Origin: a virus
Taxonomy: Duplodnaviria; Heunggongvirae; Uroviricota; Caudoviricetes
Length of the DNA: 64,000 bases
Strand: one strand, 5' to 3'
Virus record (IMG/VR): IMGVR_UViG_3300029914_000004
Numbering within the stretch: the first letter of the stretch is position 1; each line of letters begins with the position of its first letter. Positions 1 to 8,910 of this stretch are shown here, in pieces. The notes under the pieces were generated by a model. That model saw nothing but the letters and a program-made list of their open reading frames with translations. It searched no databases and had not been told where the DNA came from. The position numbers and the translations under genes are program-made.

Positions 1-47
1 ATCCTTCCTAACGCACCAAAAGTTTTAAAATACGAAGGGGAAATATA

Positions 48-332
48 ATGACACTGGAAAATGAAAAGCTTATTGATTTAGCAACTAATGGATTGGAACT
101 TTCAAATAAAATAAACGATCTTAATGACAGAATTAATATTCTTCAAAGAGATTTAAACGAGTTAAATCAAAGAAAAATGAATGCAACTTTTCAAAAGCAA
201 ATTATATTAACAGAATTAGTTCGCAGAAAGTGTCATGATATTGGCGGAGCGTTAACATTAATTAACAAAGGCGAAATTGACGGAAATAGCACTGAAATTT
301 TTGACAGAGAGAGAAACAAAGTTAAGAAGTAA
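48..332 (+). CDS. hypothetical coiled-coil protein
   Basis: 94-aa ORF rich in heptad-like L/I/N repeats; no recognisable motif. Confidence 0.4.
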   Translation: MTLENEKLIDLATNGLELSNKINDLNDRINILQRDLNELNQRKMNATFQKQIILTELVRRKCHDIGGALTLINKGEIDGNSTEIFDRERNKVKK

Positions 333-337
333 AATAA

Positions 338-434
338 GGGCAGTTGGGGGAGTGGCTTAACCCAAAAGTTTGCTAAACTTTCGGACCAGAATTAAATACT
401 GGTTCCATTCGTTCAAATCGAATACTGCCCGCCA
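338..434 (+). tRNA. tRNA-Ser(GCU), type II with long variable arm
   Basis: Acceptor GGGCAGT/ACTGCCC followed by discriminator G and CCA; D-loop AGTGGCTTAA; anticodon stem AAAGT/ACTTT with loop TTGCTAA (anticodon GCT); long variable arm; T-arm ATTCG-TTCAAAT-CGAAT. Confidence 0.7.
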
Positions 435-463
435 AGTTTAAATTTATAAAAGGAGAAAAAGAC

Positions 464-634
464 ATGCTCGATTATCGACTGTTACATTGTGAATGTGCCT
501 GCCACTTTTTTCCAACAGTTATCAAACATACTGAACCTTGTTGTGATGCAGTAAAATTATTTAAAAAAGACATTGAGATAAAGACTAAGAAAGAAAAGGT
601 AAATACAAAGAAGAATACACAGATGGATGCGTGA
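464..634 (+). CDS. small Cys-rich hypothetical protein (56 aa)
   Basis: ATG preceded by AGGAGAAAAAGAC RBS; Cys-rich (HCECACH...PCC); shorter than the ORF-track cutoff. Confidence 0.35.
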   Translation: MLDYRLLHCECACHFFPTVIKHTEPCCDAVKLFKKDIEIKTKKEKVNTKKNTQMDA

Positions 635-976
635 GTGGTTTATACGATCAGTTTATAAAAACTAACAACCCATTCCATCTGATACAAATTAAATGGAGGT
701 ATTGGGCATTGGCAAGCCCTTCTGTCTCGAAAACAGACGTACCGAAAGGACTTGGGGATTCGACTTCCTCTGCCTCCGCCACTTGGAGAAATAATGGCTT
801 GGACAAATAGAAAATTTTATAAACGACATTCAAAAACGAATTTTTTAATGCTTTATTTGGAAAAGATTAAAAATGAAGAAAGAAGATTGCATGACATTCT
901 TTGTGAACAACTTGCTTATTTGGAAGACGAAGAATGTATAGAAAATTTTAATGATGATGATTGGATAAGTTGCTAA

Positions 977-1489
977 ATGAAAACTATTTTTTTATTTCTG
1001 TTAATATTATCATGCTCTGTTAGCATAGCTCAATCACCAGATTTTTCTGTCCCTAAAAAACATATTATTCCAATGATTTTTAATTATCCGGGATATAATA
1101 TAACCAATGATAATAAACAAAGAAAAATGTTATTCATTGAACGATCAACATTTTTGCTGGATGAAACCACAACTTATATTGCAATTAATAAAACACCAAA
1201 GATAATAACATTAGCAGATGGTTCCAACCATACTTTTCCATTGCAGGAAGGTAATCCCATAATGTCAATATTTGGTAATAGAAATACTATTGGAATTTTG
1301 GGTTCTGGTATTTTTTGGGATAGTGTTTATAATATTAGCACCAGCGAATTATATAAATATTCTGATCATCATTATAGCAATAAAACTAGAAAAGTTATCC
1401 ATGCTGGAATAATTATTATTGGATGCTATTACACTGAAGAACATATTAGGGCTGGAATTACGAATATTAATAATATTAAAAATTATTAA
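977..1489 (+). CDS. hypothetical secreted protein
   Basis: 170 aa; N-terminal signal-peptide-like MKTIFLFLLILSCSVSIAQS. Confidence 0.45.
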   Translation: MKTIFLFLLILSCSVSIAQSPDFSVPKKHIIPMIFNYPGYNITNDNKQRKMLFIERSTFLLDETTTYIAINKTPKIITLADGSNHTFPLQEGNPIMSIFGNRNTIGILGSGIFWDSVYNISTSELYKYSDHHYSNKTRKVIHAGIIIIGCYYTEEHIRAGITNINNIKNY

Positions 1490-1491
1490 AT

Positions 1492-1586
1492 GGAGAGGTG
1501 GCAGAGAGTCTTATTGCGATAGTCTAGAAAACTATTGGGCTTACTAATAATAAGTCCCGTGGGTTAAAATCCCACTCTCTCCTCCA
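1492..1586 (+). tRNA. type II tRNA (long variable arm); anticodon read as AGA (Ser-like), atypical
   Basis: Acceptor GGAGAGG/TCTCTCC with G-U at pair 7, discriminator T and CCA; D-stem GCAG/TTGC; anticodon stem ATAGT/ACTAT with loop CTAGAAA; roughly 22-nt variable arm; T-arm GTGGG-TTAAAAT-CCCAC. Confidence 0.5.
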
Positions 1587-1592
1587 TTTTAT

Positions 1593-1684
1593 GTGCTGAT
1601 ACGGAAGTGGCTTAACCGGGCGGTCTGCAAAATCGCTATAATCATTAATTTGATTCGTGGGTTCGAATCCCACTCAGCACTCCA
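1593..1684 (+). tRNA. type II tRNA-like; anticodon read as GCA (Cys) with a 20-nt variable arm, atypical
   Basis: Acceptor GTGCTGA/TCAGCAC with discriminator T and CCA; D-arm CGG-AAGTGGCTTAA-CCG; anticodon stem GCGGT/ATCGC with loop CTGCAAA; extra arm AATC...GATT; T-arm GTGGG-TTCGAAT-CCCAC. Confidence 0.45.
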
Positions 1685-1704
1685 AAATTCAAAAAGGAAA
1701 AATA

Positions 1705-2643
1705 ATGTTAGATTATTTGCTTTTAATAGTTGCATTGCTTATCAGTTGCGTTTCTGGTTTTTATTCCATTAGCGGATTAGTAAGCATTTTCTCAGGAGCA
1801 TTTATTCCTGTAATTCTAATGGGATCAGTTCTTGAATTAGCAAAAGTAGTGATCGTTTTGTGGTTGCATTCTAATTGGGCAAAAACAAAAACATTTCTGA
1901 AAATTTATTTAACATCAGCAATTTTTATCCTAATGCTTATTACCAGCATTGGGATTTTTGGTTTTCTCAGCAAGGCGCACGTTGCTCAATCAATCACAGG
2001 TTCTGAAATTCAATCTAAAATTTCCATTATTGATGAACAAATTGCAAGTATTAAAAATGAAAAAAATGCAAATCAAGCAACATTATTACAATTAGATAAT
2101 GCAATTACTCAAGTAGTTTCTCAAAGCAAAAATGAAGAAGGGGCAGCAAAAGCATTAAGAATTCGAAATGACCAGCAAAAAGAAAGAATTCAAATTAATA
2201 TTTCTTTGAAAGACGAACAGGAAAATATTGTTAAACTTCAACAACTAGAAACGCCATTACAATTACAATTGGAGAAAAATGAAGTTGATGTTGGCCCAAT
2301 TAAATATATTGCTGCTATGATTTTTGGAGACAATCCAAATAAAAATCTTCTGGAAAGAGCAGTTCGATATATGATTATTTTGCTAGTGGCTGTATTCGAT
2401 CCATTGGCAGTAGCAATGCTTTTAGCATCTGATTTACACAAAACACCAATTGAAAATCCAATTGATATTCCATTAAAAAAGAAAAAGAAAAACTTTGTAA
2501 ATAAAATTGCAGATAAGTACACAGATGATTTAATCTATAAATTATCCAATGAAATAATTACAGTTGATGAACTTTCTGAATCTGAGCAGAACGCGGTTTT
2601 GAAAAAATTGAGTAAACAAAACAATGAAAATCGTGAGTCATAA
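1705..2643 (+). CDS. membrane protein with C-terminal coiled-coil region
   Basis: ORF-track frame 1657..2643 trimmed to the ATG after the tRNA (AAAGGAAAAATAATG); three or four hydrophobic helices followed by a Q/E/K-rich coiled-coil. Confidence 0.5.
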   Translation: MLDYLLLIVALLISCVSGFYSISGLVSIFSGAFIPVILMGSVLELAKVVIVLWLHSNWAKTKTFLKIYLTSAIFILMLITSIGIFGFLSKAHVAQSITGSEIQSKISIIDEQIASIKNEKNANQATLLQLDNAITQVVSQSKNEEGAAKALRIRNDQQKERIQINISLKDEQENIVKLQQLETPLQLQLEKNEVDVGPIKYIAAMIFGDNPNKNLLERAVRYMIILLVAVFDPLAVAMLLASDLHKTPIENPIDIPLKKKKKNFVNKIADKYTDDLIYKLSNEIITVDELSESEQNAVLKKLSKQNNENRES

Positions 2644-2813
2644 TGAATATATTTTGTAGTCCAAAAGAAGAGACGCTGGCAGTACTCGAAAGACGAAACT
2701 GGGGCTAAAAATATCAAATGGTAATTTGCAGTATAGCGTAACGGAATGAGGGTGCAAGACCCTTCGAAATATATTCATTATAAGTTGTTGATTTTAAATA
2801 CTTTATTTTCTTA

Positions 2814-2842
2814 TTGACATTTAAATTTATTTGGGATATACT
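2814..2842 (+). promoter_or_regulatory. sigma70-like promoter (TTGACA-N17-TATACT) of the repeat-gene family
   Basis: TTGACA then a 17-nt spacer then TATACT, followed by 6 nt and ATG (leaderless architecture); upstream T-rich CTTTATTTTCTTA element is shared by all copies. Confidence 0.6.
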
Positions 2843-2848
2843 TTGTAT

Positions 2849-3088
2849 ATGAATGAAATTGAACAAATGGCTGCTGTACAACAATATGGCTGTGCAATTC
2901 AATACATCAAGAATCCAAGTGAAGCTGTGCAAATGGCTGCTGTACAACAATATGGCGAAGCAATTGAATATATAAAGAATCCAAGTGAAGCAATGCAAAT
3001 GGCTGCTGTACAACAAGATGGCCATTTCATTCAATACATCAAGAATCCAAGTGTGAATGCCAAATTAATGGCAAAATTGCTCTCATAA
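2849..3088 (+). CDS. DUF4116-like 20-aa tandem-repeat protein (short copy, about 3 repeats)
   Basis: Repeats PSEAVQMAAVQQYG.AI.YIKN and the family C-terminus INAKLMAKLLS; true ATG is 7 nt after the -10, within ORF-track frame 2831..3088. Confidence 0.65.
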   Translation: MNEIEQMAAVQQYGCAIQYIKNPSEAVQMAAVQQYGEAIEYIKNPSEAMQMAAVQQDGHFIQYIKNPSVNAKLMAKLLS

Positions 3089-3118
3089 GTTGTTAATTTT
3101 AAAGACTATATTTTCTTA

Positions 3119-3147
3119 TTGACAGTTGAATTTATTTAGGATATGCT
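3119..3147 (+). promoter_or_regulatory. second copy of the family promoter (TTGACA-N17-TATGCT)
   Basis: Same 5' T-rich element and spacing; ATG 6 nt downstream. Confidence 0.5.
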
Positions 3148-3153
3148 TTATAT

Positions 3154-3330
3154 ATGACATTGAAAGATAAACTCGAAAAGTATATTGATTCATTGCTAAC
3201 TGAAGAATGCTTTGATCCAATTAGTTATTCCAGTGATGCTTATTACAAGAGATGTGAAATAAAAGCAGAAGTGTTAGAAGATGTAATTTATTGTCTGAAA
3301 GAGATTCTGAAGGAGAGCAATGAAAATTAA
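3154..3330 (+). CDS. small hypothetical protein (58 aa)
   Basis: Leaderless-style ATG behind the family promoter; MTLKDKLEKYIDSLL...; below the ORF-track cutoff. Confidence 0.4.
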   Translation: MTLKDKLEKYIDSLLTEECFDPISYSSDAYYKRCEIKAEVLEDVIYCLKEILKESNEN

Positions 3331-3508
3331 TTACACCAAATTAAGCTATGAAGAAATGGCAGCAATTGTGAAAAACATTTCTGAAGAAACGAAGAATCGA
3401 AATCCTCTATTTGTTAATTCATATATGCAAGATTTTTATGAAGTTGTGAATATTCTACGTTACTTTCATGAAAGAAAACAAGAAAGCCCTGGATTTGACG
3501 AACAATAG
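3320..3508 (+). CDS. hypothetical protein
   Basis: 62-aa ORF; ATG overlaps the preceding stop. Confidence 0.4.
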   Translation: MKINYTKLSYEEMAAIVKNISEETKNRNPLFVNSYMQDFYEVVNILRYFHERKQESPGFDEQ

Positions 3509-3526
3509 AATTCGAAAGGAAAAATA

Positions 3527-3931
3527 ATGTCAATAGCTGCCAAAGATTTTTGTCGTGTAGTAAAACATGGAGACATTGCTGTTGTTCGTCTCTCAAATCG
3601 AGACTCTGCATGTGGCTGCGCTCCTGATTGGTCGCTCACCCAAACTGTGAAATTACACGTTCAACGTAGAGAAAGAGCATATAAAGAACGTGGCGTAGTT
3701 CACCCCGCTGGAGAAATTTGTGTTTTAGCCATTCAAAATGGTGGATGGGCAGAATATCGTGAAGAAGATTGGGAACCAGATTTTGCTTTATTCATTACTG
3801 AAGAATATCGCATGGAAATTCAGAGTCTGAATGGTGAAGATGTTATTCCTGCAAAGCCCTCAATTAATATTCAAAATGAAATTGTTGCCATGCAAAAATC
3901 AATTCTAAAAAATTTGAAGGGACAATTATGA
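3527..3931 (+). CDS. hypothetical protein
   Basis: 134-aa ORF; RBS AGGAAAAATAATG; elevated GC. Confidence 0.5.
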   Translation: MSIAAKDFCRVVKHGDIAVVRLSNRDSACGCAPDWSLTQTVKLHVQRRERAYKERGVVHPAGEICVLAIQNGGWAEYREEDWEPDFALFITEEYRMEIQSLNGEDVIPAKPSINIQNEIVAMQKSILKNLKGQL

Positions 3932-4122
3932 CATTCACAGATGAATTGCTCAGAGTTTTTAGTCTTGCAGCTATTGTAATTGGATTTTTTTGCCTAGTTT
4001 CTCTATCGTCATTAGCAATCATGCCTTATCCTGGAATATGGCTATTATTTGCCATACCAGGAATTATTTCTGGACTTATTGGTTTAGCATATATTTACTG
4101 GAAGGATAAAACTGAGGAATAA
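3928..4122 (+). CDS. small membrane protein
   Basis: 64 aa with two hydrophobic helices; ATGA start/stop overlap with the upstream gene. Confidence 0.45.
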   Translation: MTFTDELLRVFSLAAIVIGFFCLVSLSSLAIMPYPGIWLLFAIPGIISGLIGLAYIYWKDKTEE

Positions 4123-4126
4123 AATT

Positions 4127-4369
4127 ATGTATGATATTATCATAACAAATGCAGATTCCAACAAACCATTAAGAATGTTTGATAGTAATGGTATTACTTG
4201 GAATCTATTTGACTGGTGTGTTGAATATTTTGACGAAGAGCCATCTATTCTTCGCTATGAAGAATATGTTCCAGAAAATGAACAACCCAGTAAATTTATT
4301 CATGGCAAATATGGCCCATTTATTCTTGGAAATCTCACTGGAGTAGTTTGGTCAAGAAAGAGGAAATAA
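4127..4369 (+). CDS. hypothetical protein
   Basis: 80-aa ORF. Confidence 0.4.
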   Translation: MYDIIITNADSNKPLRMFDSNGITWNLFDWCVEYFDEEPSILRYEEYVPENEQPSKFIHGKYGPFILGNLTGVVWSRKRK

Positions 4370-4591
4370 ATGAGTGTTGGAAAGTATTCACCTACAATTC
4401 GAGAAATTTATCCTACTCAAGAACTTTTTGATCTGCAATTTCATCAGTCGGATAGTTCAATTTATGACGATGATGGTTATGACATGTATGGTTATGATGA
4501 AAATGATCTTGATCGAGACGGCCATGATCAATTTTATTATGAGCAGGAAGCTTTGCGTGAAGAATTGGGAGAGGATTATGGTTCTTTTTAA
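4370..4591 (+). CDS. hypothetical acidic protein
   Basis: 73 aa, D/E/Y-rich. Confidence 0.4.
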   Translation: MSVGKYSPTIREIYPTQELFDLQFHQSDSSIYDDDGYDMYGYDENDLDRDGHDQFYYEQEALREELGEDYGSF

Positions 4592-4808
4592 AGCAAAAAC
4601 AAATAAATTAGGAGATAAAAGAACTGTAATCAGTTTTGCATTATTTCCTACCAGAGTTTCTCAAAATAATACATCATCTGGTCCTATAATTTGGTTGGAA
4701 CGATACATAAAATTTCAAACTTATTTTATCGCCGAAGGTGTAAATGAATGGCAAACTTATGATAAGGTAAGATATGACGAAGCATTAATTGAAAAGTTGA
4801 GCGAATAA
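4578..4808 (+). CDS. small protein of the EKLSE C-terminal-motif family
   Basis: In the frame of ORF 4374..4808 from ATG 4578; FALFPTRV...IIWLERYI...YDEALIEKLSE; paralogous to 4810..5058. Confidence 0.5.
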   Translation: MVLFKAKTNKLGDKRTVISFALFPTRVSQNNTSSGPIIWLERYIKFQTYFIAEGVNEWQTYDKVRYDEALIEKLSE

Positions 4809-4809
4809 A

Positions 4810-5058
4810 ATGATAATTAAATCTCGAAAAATAATCATAAAAGTAAAAAATGACCAAATTCGACAGCGAATCAAATTTGCGTGGTTTCCTACAAGAATGA
4901 AGTTATCAATAGAAGACAAATATGGCGAAATAATTTGGTTGGAAAAATATATAATTTTTGAAAAATATCAACATTCTCCATATGATTCTATAAAAGGATG
5001 GAAGTTGCATCAGAAAGTAAGAATTTCCGATGCAACTATTGAAAAATTGAGCGAATAA
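4810..5058 (+). CDS. small protein of the EKLSE C-terminal-motif family (paralog)
   Basis: FAWFPTRM...IIWLEKYI...ISDATIEKLSE. Confidence 0.55.
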   Translation: MIIKSRKIIIKVKNDQIRQRIKFAWFPTRMKLSIEDKYGEIIWLEKYIIFEKYQHSPYDSIKGWKLHQKVRISDATIEKLSE

Positions 5059-5068
5059 GGAGAAATAA

Positions 5069-5365
5069 ATGTTTGTAGCATGTTATTTACCAGTTCTATC
5101 ACCGAATCAAACCGAAGACCCATCACGAAAAGGGTTTAAAACTAAAAAAGATGCGTGGAAATATGTATTTTCTCAAATGTGCAACATGTGTAAAAATGTT
5201 CGGCAAAATGCATTGAATGGCGAAACTTCCAACTCCAAAGAAGATTGGGAAGATGGACTTGAACCTCCAAATTTGTATCCTGCTTGCACATGTGAGTGGG
5301 CAGTTTGCACAGAGCAAGAAATTGATTCAGTTGAACTTGAAAAATTATTGGTTATTGACATTTAA
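5069..5365 (+). CDS. Cys-rich hypothetical protein (putative zinc-binding)
   Basis: 98 aa with CNMCKNV and CTCEWAVC. Confidence 0.4.
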   Translation: MFVACYLPVLSPNQTEDPSRKGFKTKKDAWKYVFSQMCNMCKNVRQNALNGETSNSKEDWEDGLEPPNLYPACTCEWAVCTEQEIDSVELEKLLVIDI

Positions 5366-5391
5366 TATATTTTAAGTTATAATATATTTAG

Positions 5392-6483
5392 GTGAATAAT
5401 ATGAATGAAACTACTTGCTCTCTCGAAAATTACCTTATTCTTCCTGATAATACAATGGATGAGAGAATCGCCAATGCTAAAAAACAGCTTGGCGATTCTC
5501 TCATTATTTTGGGTCATCACTATCAAAGGGATGAAGTCATAAGATTTGCTGATGCAATTGGAGATAGCTACAAACTATCTAAAATTGCTGCCGAAACAAA
5601 CGCAAAATATATTGTATTTTGCGGCGTTCATTTTATGGCAGAAAGTGCTGATATTTTAAGTAAACCTGAGCAGATAGTAATTTTGCCTGATTTAAATGCT
5701 GGTTGTTCCATGGCTGATATGGCGGATATTTCTCAAGTTGAACATTGCTGGGAAGTTCTTGAACAAATGGGAATAGCAAATCATATAATGCCTATTACAT
5801 ATATGAACAGTTCTGCGGCAATTAAAGCATTCTGCGGAGAGCATGAAGGATTGGTTTGTACTTCTTCCAATGCTGATAAAGCATTTGCATATGCTTTTGC
5901 ACATGATAAAAAAATTCTGTTTATTCCTGATCAACATCTTGGAAGAAATACTGGATCAAAAATGGGAATTTCTTTGAATGAAATGACTATTTGGGACCCT
6001 TGGACAATTCAATATGGCAAGAATTTTCTATTCAAAAAAATTATTTTGTGGAAAGGCCATTGTTCAGTTCATCAGAGATTTCTTCCTTCTCACGTTGAAA
6101 CAATTCGTGAGAAGTATCCCAACATGAAAATCATTGTTCATCCTGAATGTAGAATAGAAGTTTGCGAGAAAGCTGACGATATTGGCTCCACTGAAAAATT
6201 AATTTCTTTGATTGAATCTGCTCCTGATGGATCATCTTTTGCAATTGGAACTGAGATACATCTGGTAAATAGGTTAGCTAAAAAATTTCCAAATAAACAT
6301 ATTATTACGTTGGATGACTCTGGTTGTGGATGCCTTTGCACAACAATGTACAGAATCACTCCTCAGCATTTATGCTGGGTATTGGAAAATCTTGTTGATG
6401 GAAAAGTTGTCAATCATATCAAAGTTAAAGACAGCGTTAAACATTGGGCAAACATTGCTCTAAATAGAATGTTGGAGGTTTAA
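5392..6483 (+). CDS. nadA: quinolinate synthase (NadA)
   Basis: 363 aa; blocks VHFMAESADILS, YMNSSAAIKA, CTSSNA, IPDQHLGRN, GHCSVHQRF, IIVHPEC and IGSTEKLI match NadA throughout. Confidence 0.8.
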   Translation: MNNMNETTCSLENYLILPDNTMDERIANAKKQLGDSLIILGHHYQRDEVIRFADAIGDSYKLSKIAAETNAKYIVFCGVHFMAESADILSKPEQIVILPDLNAGCSMADMADISQVEHCWEVLEQMGIANHIMPITYMNSSAAIKAFCGEHEGLVCTSSNADKAFAYAFAHDKKILFIPDQHLGRNTGSKMGISLNEMTIWDPWTIQYGKNFLFKKIILWKGHCSVHQRFLPSHVETIREKYPNMKIIVHPECRIEVCEKADDIGSTEKLISLIESAPDGSSFAIGTEIHLVNRLAKKFPNKHIITLDDSGCGCLCTTMYRITPQHLCWVLENLVDGKVVNHIKVKDSVKHWANIALNRMLEV

Positions 6484-7155
6484 ATGAGTTATTTATATGA
6501 CAATTGGTTGAATATTCAGTATTCATATAGCTCCTCTTCTTGGTTTATTTTAAATCAAGCATACTCTGAGCGGCATCGCGCATATCACACTTGGGATCAT
6601 ATCGAAACCATGTTGCGAAGATTAGATGAATTACAACATTTAGCTACTGCCCCAAACATAATTAGAAGCGCAATTTTTTGGCATGATTCAGTTTATAACA
6701 CTGGATCAGTTATTGAAACCAAAAGTGAAAAACACTATAATCTCATTCCTGATTCTGTCAATGTAATTCAGAGCGCTGAACTTTTTATGAATCATGAAAA
6801 GGCAAAACTTTCTTATTATAAAAATGCTGTCCTTTCCATGATTTTGGGAACAGTAGATCACATTCATGCAAGCCCAACGTTTGAATATTATCCTGGATTT
6901 TCTAACGACTATAAACTTTTTCTTGATCTTGATCTGAGTGGTTTTGCTGATTCATACGATAAATTTATGGAAAATGGAAATAATATTCGCAAGGAATTTT
7001 CATTCGTATCTGATGAAGATTTTATTGTTGCACGAAAACAAATTTATATGAAGTTTTTACATGCTTTTCCGTTATACAAGCTACCAGAAACGAATGAACT
7101 TTGGGGCAAAAAAGCATATGATAATTTACTTAAAGGATATAAGGATATAAAATGA
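6484..7155 (+). CDS. HD-domain metal-dependent phosphohydrolase (COG4339-like)
   Basis: YHTWDH...FWHDSVYN (H..H/HD motifs); immediately downstream of nadA. Confidence 0.45.
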   Translation: MSYLYDNWLNIQYSYSSSSWFILNQAYSERHRAYHTWDHIETMLRRLDELQHLATAPNIIRSAIFWHDSVYNTGSVIETKSEKHYNLIPDSVNVIQSAELFMNHEKAKLSYYKNAVLSMILGTVDHIHASPTFEYYPGFSNDYKLFLDLDLSGFADSYDKFMENGNNIRKEFSFVSDEDFIVARKQIYMKFLHAFPLYKLPETNELWGKKAYDNLLKGYKDIK

Positions 7156-7316
7156 CAACTGTTACTTGTGATACAGGAATTGGAGCAGGAACAAAAAATC
7201 AATTTATCTGAATCAATTAATATTGATTGTGAAGACGATCCCACAGTATATAGTGATTATATTTCTTTAAAAATTGTATCTCAAAATTATTTTAATATAA
7301 AAACTGGTGAAAAAGA

Positions 7317-7703
7317 TTGATTAAAAAATTTAAGCATATTAGACAGCCAAAAGATTCATTGTTGTGTGGTCAAGCATGTTTAGCAATGATTACAAAACAG
7401 TCATTGGAAGAAAGTATTAAACATATTGGTCATTCACATGGAACTATAACAAAGGAATTAGTTAAAGTTCTTAAAAAATTCAAATATAAAACTCCCAAAA
7501 AACTACTTAGATTATCATATATTCCAAAATATGCAATTGCCAAAATCCCTCATAAAAATATTAAAGGATATCCAAAAAACGCTCGTGGATGGCACTGGGT
7601 AGTTTATTGGAATGGAAAACGTTATGATCCAGATTGGAATTCTCCTTCATTTTGCTATAATGTAAAAGCATCATCTTTTTTACCAATTTTAAATTTGAAA
7701 TAA
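7317..7703 (+). CDS. peptidase C39-like (papain-fold cysteine peptidase) domain protein
   Basis: Q-x5-CGQACLAMI and downstream GWHWVVYWNG (catalytic Cys and His motifs of the C39 family); apparent TTG start. Confidence 0.55.
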   Translation: MIKKFKHIRQPKDSLLCGQACLAMITKQSLEESIKHIGHSHGTITKELVKVLKKFKYKTPKKLLRLSYIPKYAIAKIPHKNIKGYPKNARGWHWVVYWNGKRYDPDWNSPSFCYNVKASSFLPILNLK

Positions 7704-7742
7704 ATACAATATGAACTTAATTAAATTTCCAATTGATTAAAA

Positions 7743-8528
7743 ATGAAATATTCAGAAATTAAAAACGGAGATAAAAGAAGCAAATATGTTGATCAGAATG
7801 ATTATTCTTCTGCTCAAATATTTGCTGCTATGAAGGAAAATGCTTCAGAAGCTATCGCTGCTTTTAGCACTGGTCATGCAATATTTAAAGGACTGTTTTC
7901 AAATAAAAATACTCTTTCGGATATAATGCTATCTGATCCGAAATTGATAGAAAGAAAAAGCCAAAATACATCAAATCATTATACGGTGTTATTAGACAAT
8001 TTGCCAAGTTGGAGAAATTTTCCAAAGAGAAGTAGAAGTTTGATTTGCGCAACTAAAAAATATATTGCATCCGGATTTGGAGACGTATTTTTGGTGTTGC
8101 CATTCGATGGAGCAAAAATAGCAGTGTGCCCCGCAGCAGACATTTGGGCAATTAAATTTGAAAAATTAGGAACTAGTCTAGAAATTTTTAACAATATCAT
8201 GAGTAAATATCATATATCAGATTATGATTATGAATCTGTAATTACTACAATATTAATGAACAGAAAAGATATATTATCTAGTACTTCAGCAGAAGATACC
8301 TTAGAACCAACCTTTTTGGCTGGGTTAGCTGCATGTAAAAATAGAAATGATTTAATTTCTTTGTTGAATGATGCGTTGAATCCTATTCCTAATGATTTTG
8401 AATTGACTGATATTTTCAACACTCCAGTAGATGAAAATAAAGAAGTATGGACTGATAGCAAATCATATCTTGTTGATATTGATTCTAGTTTTTATCAATT
8501 AATTCTCGAACATTGTATGTTGATATAA
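7743..8528 (+). CDS. hypothetical protein
   Basis: 261-aa ORF. Confidence 0.5.
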   Translation: MKYSEIKNGDKRSKYVDQNDYSSAQIFAAMKENASEAIAAFSTGHAIFKGLFSNKNTLSDIMLSDPKLIERKSQNTSNHYTVLLDNLPSWRNFPKRSRSLICATKKYIASGFGDVFLVLPFDGAKIAVCPAADIWAIKFEKLGTSLEIFNNIMSKYHISDYDYESVITTILMNRKDILSSTSAEDTLEPTFLAGLAACKNRNDLISLLNDALNPIPNDFELTDIFNTPVDENKEVWTDSKSYLVDIDSSFYQLILEHCMLI

Positions 8529-8533
8529 TTTTC

Positions 8534-8562
8534 TTGACATTTATATCAAGATTTGCTATTAT
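8534..8562 (+). promoter_or_regulatory. promoter (TTGACA-N17-TATTAT), first of a duplicated pair
   Basis: CTTGACATTTATATCAAGATTTGCTATTAT is nearly identical to the copy at 8863. Confidence 0.45.
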
Positions 8563-8579
8563 ATACTTAATGCTTCAAA

Positions 8580-8860
8580 CAAATATAATGTGACCAGCAG
8601 GTGAAATTGGTGAGGATGGCAACCAGTATTTTTCTAGATTATTCTCCAATTTCAAAAATTTCATTGTGGTGGAATAGACATGCTTGCAGATAATAATTGC
8701 CTCTTAATATGGTTAGAAGGATAAAGCAAGCGAAAGTAGACGCAAGGGTTTGGCACCACGAATCGTTTGGTCAATGGCAAACGGGCCCAAAAATTCCAGA
8801 GTGAAACGGTGGAAATCTCTGGCAATGAAATATCTTCTTTATTTTCAATAACTTAAAAAT
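8580..8860 (+). ncRNA. candidate structured non-coding RNA (unclassified)
   Basis: 280 nt with no ORF of 60 aa or more on either strand; GC richer than the flanks; several stable hairpins (CCAGAG...CTCTGG, GTTTGG...CAAAC); bracketed by duplicated promoters. Confidence 0.25.
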
Positions 8861-8862
8861 CA

Positions 8863-8891
8863 TTGACATTTATATTCAGATTTGCTATACT
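8863..8891 (+). promoter_or_regulatory. promoter (TTGACA-N17-TATACT), second of the duplicated pair
   Basis: CATTGACATTTATATTCAGATTTGCTATACT. Confidence 0.45.
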
Positions 8892-8910
8892 GGATTTGTG
8901 ATGGTTATCT

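Noticed and set aside
2238-2522. Antisense ORFs embedded in clear genes (2238..2522 on the minus strand, 12879..13160 on the minus strand, 26049..26324 on the minus strand, 45134..45481 on the minus strand, 15655..16008 on the minus strand, 33513..33923 on the minus strand)
   Set aside because: They lie entirely within well-supported sense genes (GuaC, ClpX, cca, ATPase and others), with no start context. They are treated as spurious.
2690-2775. GC-richer stretch that looked tRNA-like (GGGTGCAAGACCC hairpin) downstream of the membrane/coiled-coil gene
   Set aside because: No acceptor or T-arm cloverleaf could be built on either strand. Probably a terminator or structured 3' UTR.
4374-4808. 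Full 144-aa ORF 4374..4808 as a single gene
   Set aside because: Its first two thirds overlap gene 4370..4591 in another frame and are low complexity. Only the 3' part from ATG 4578 is paralogous to 4810..5058.
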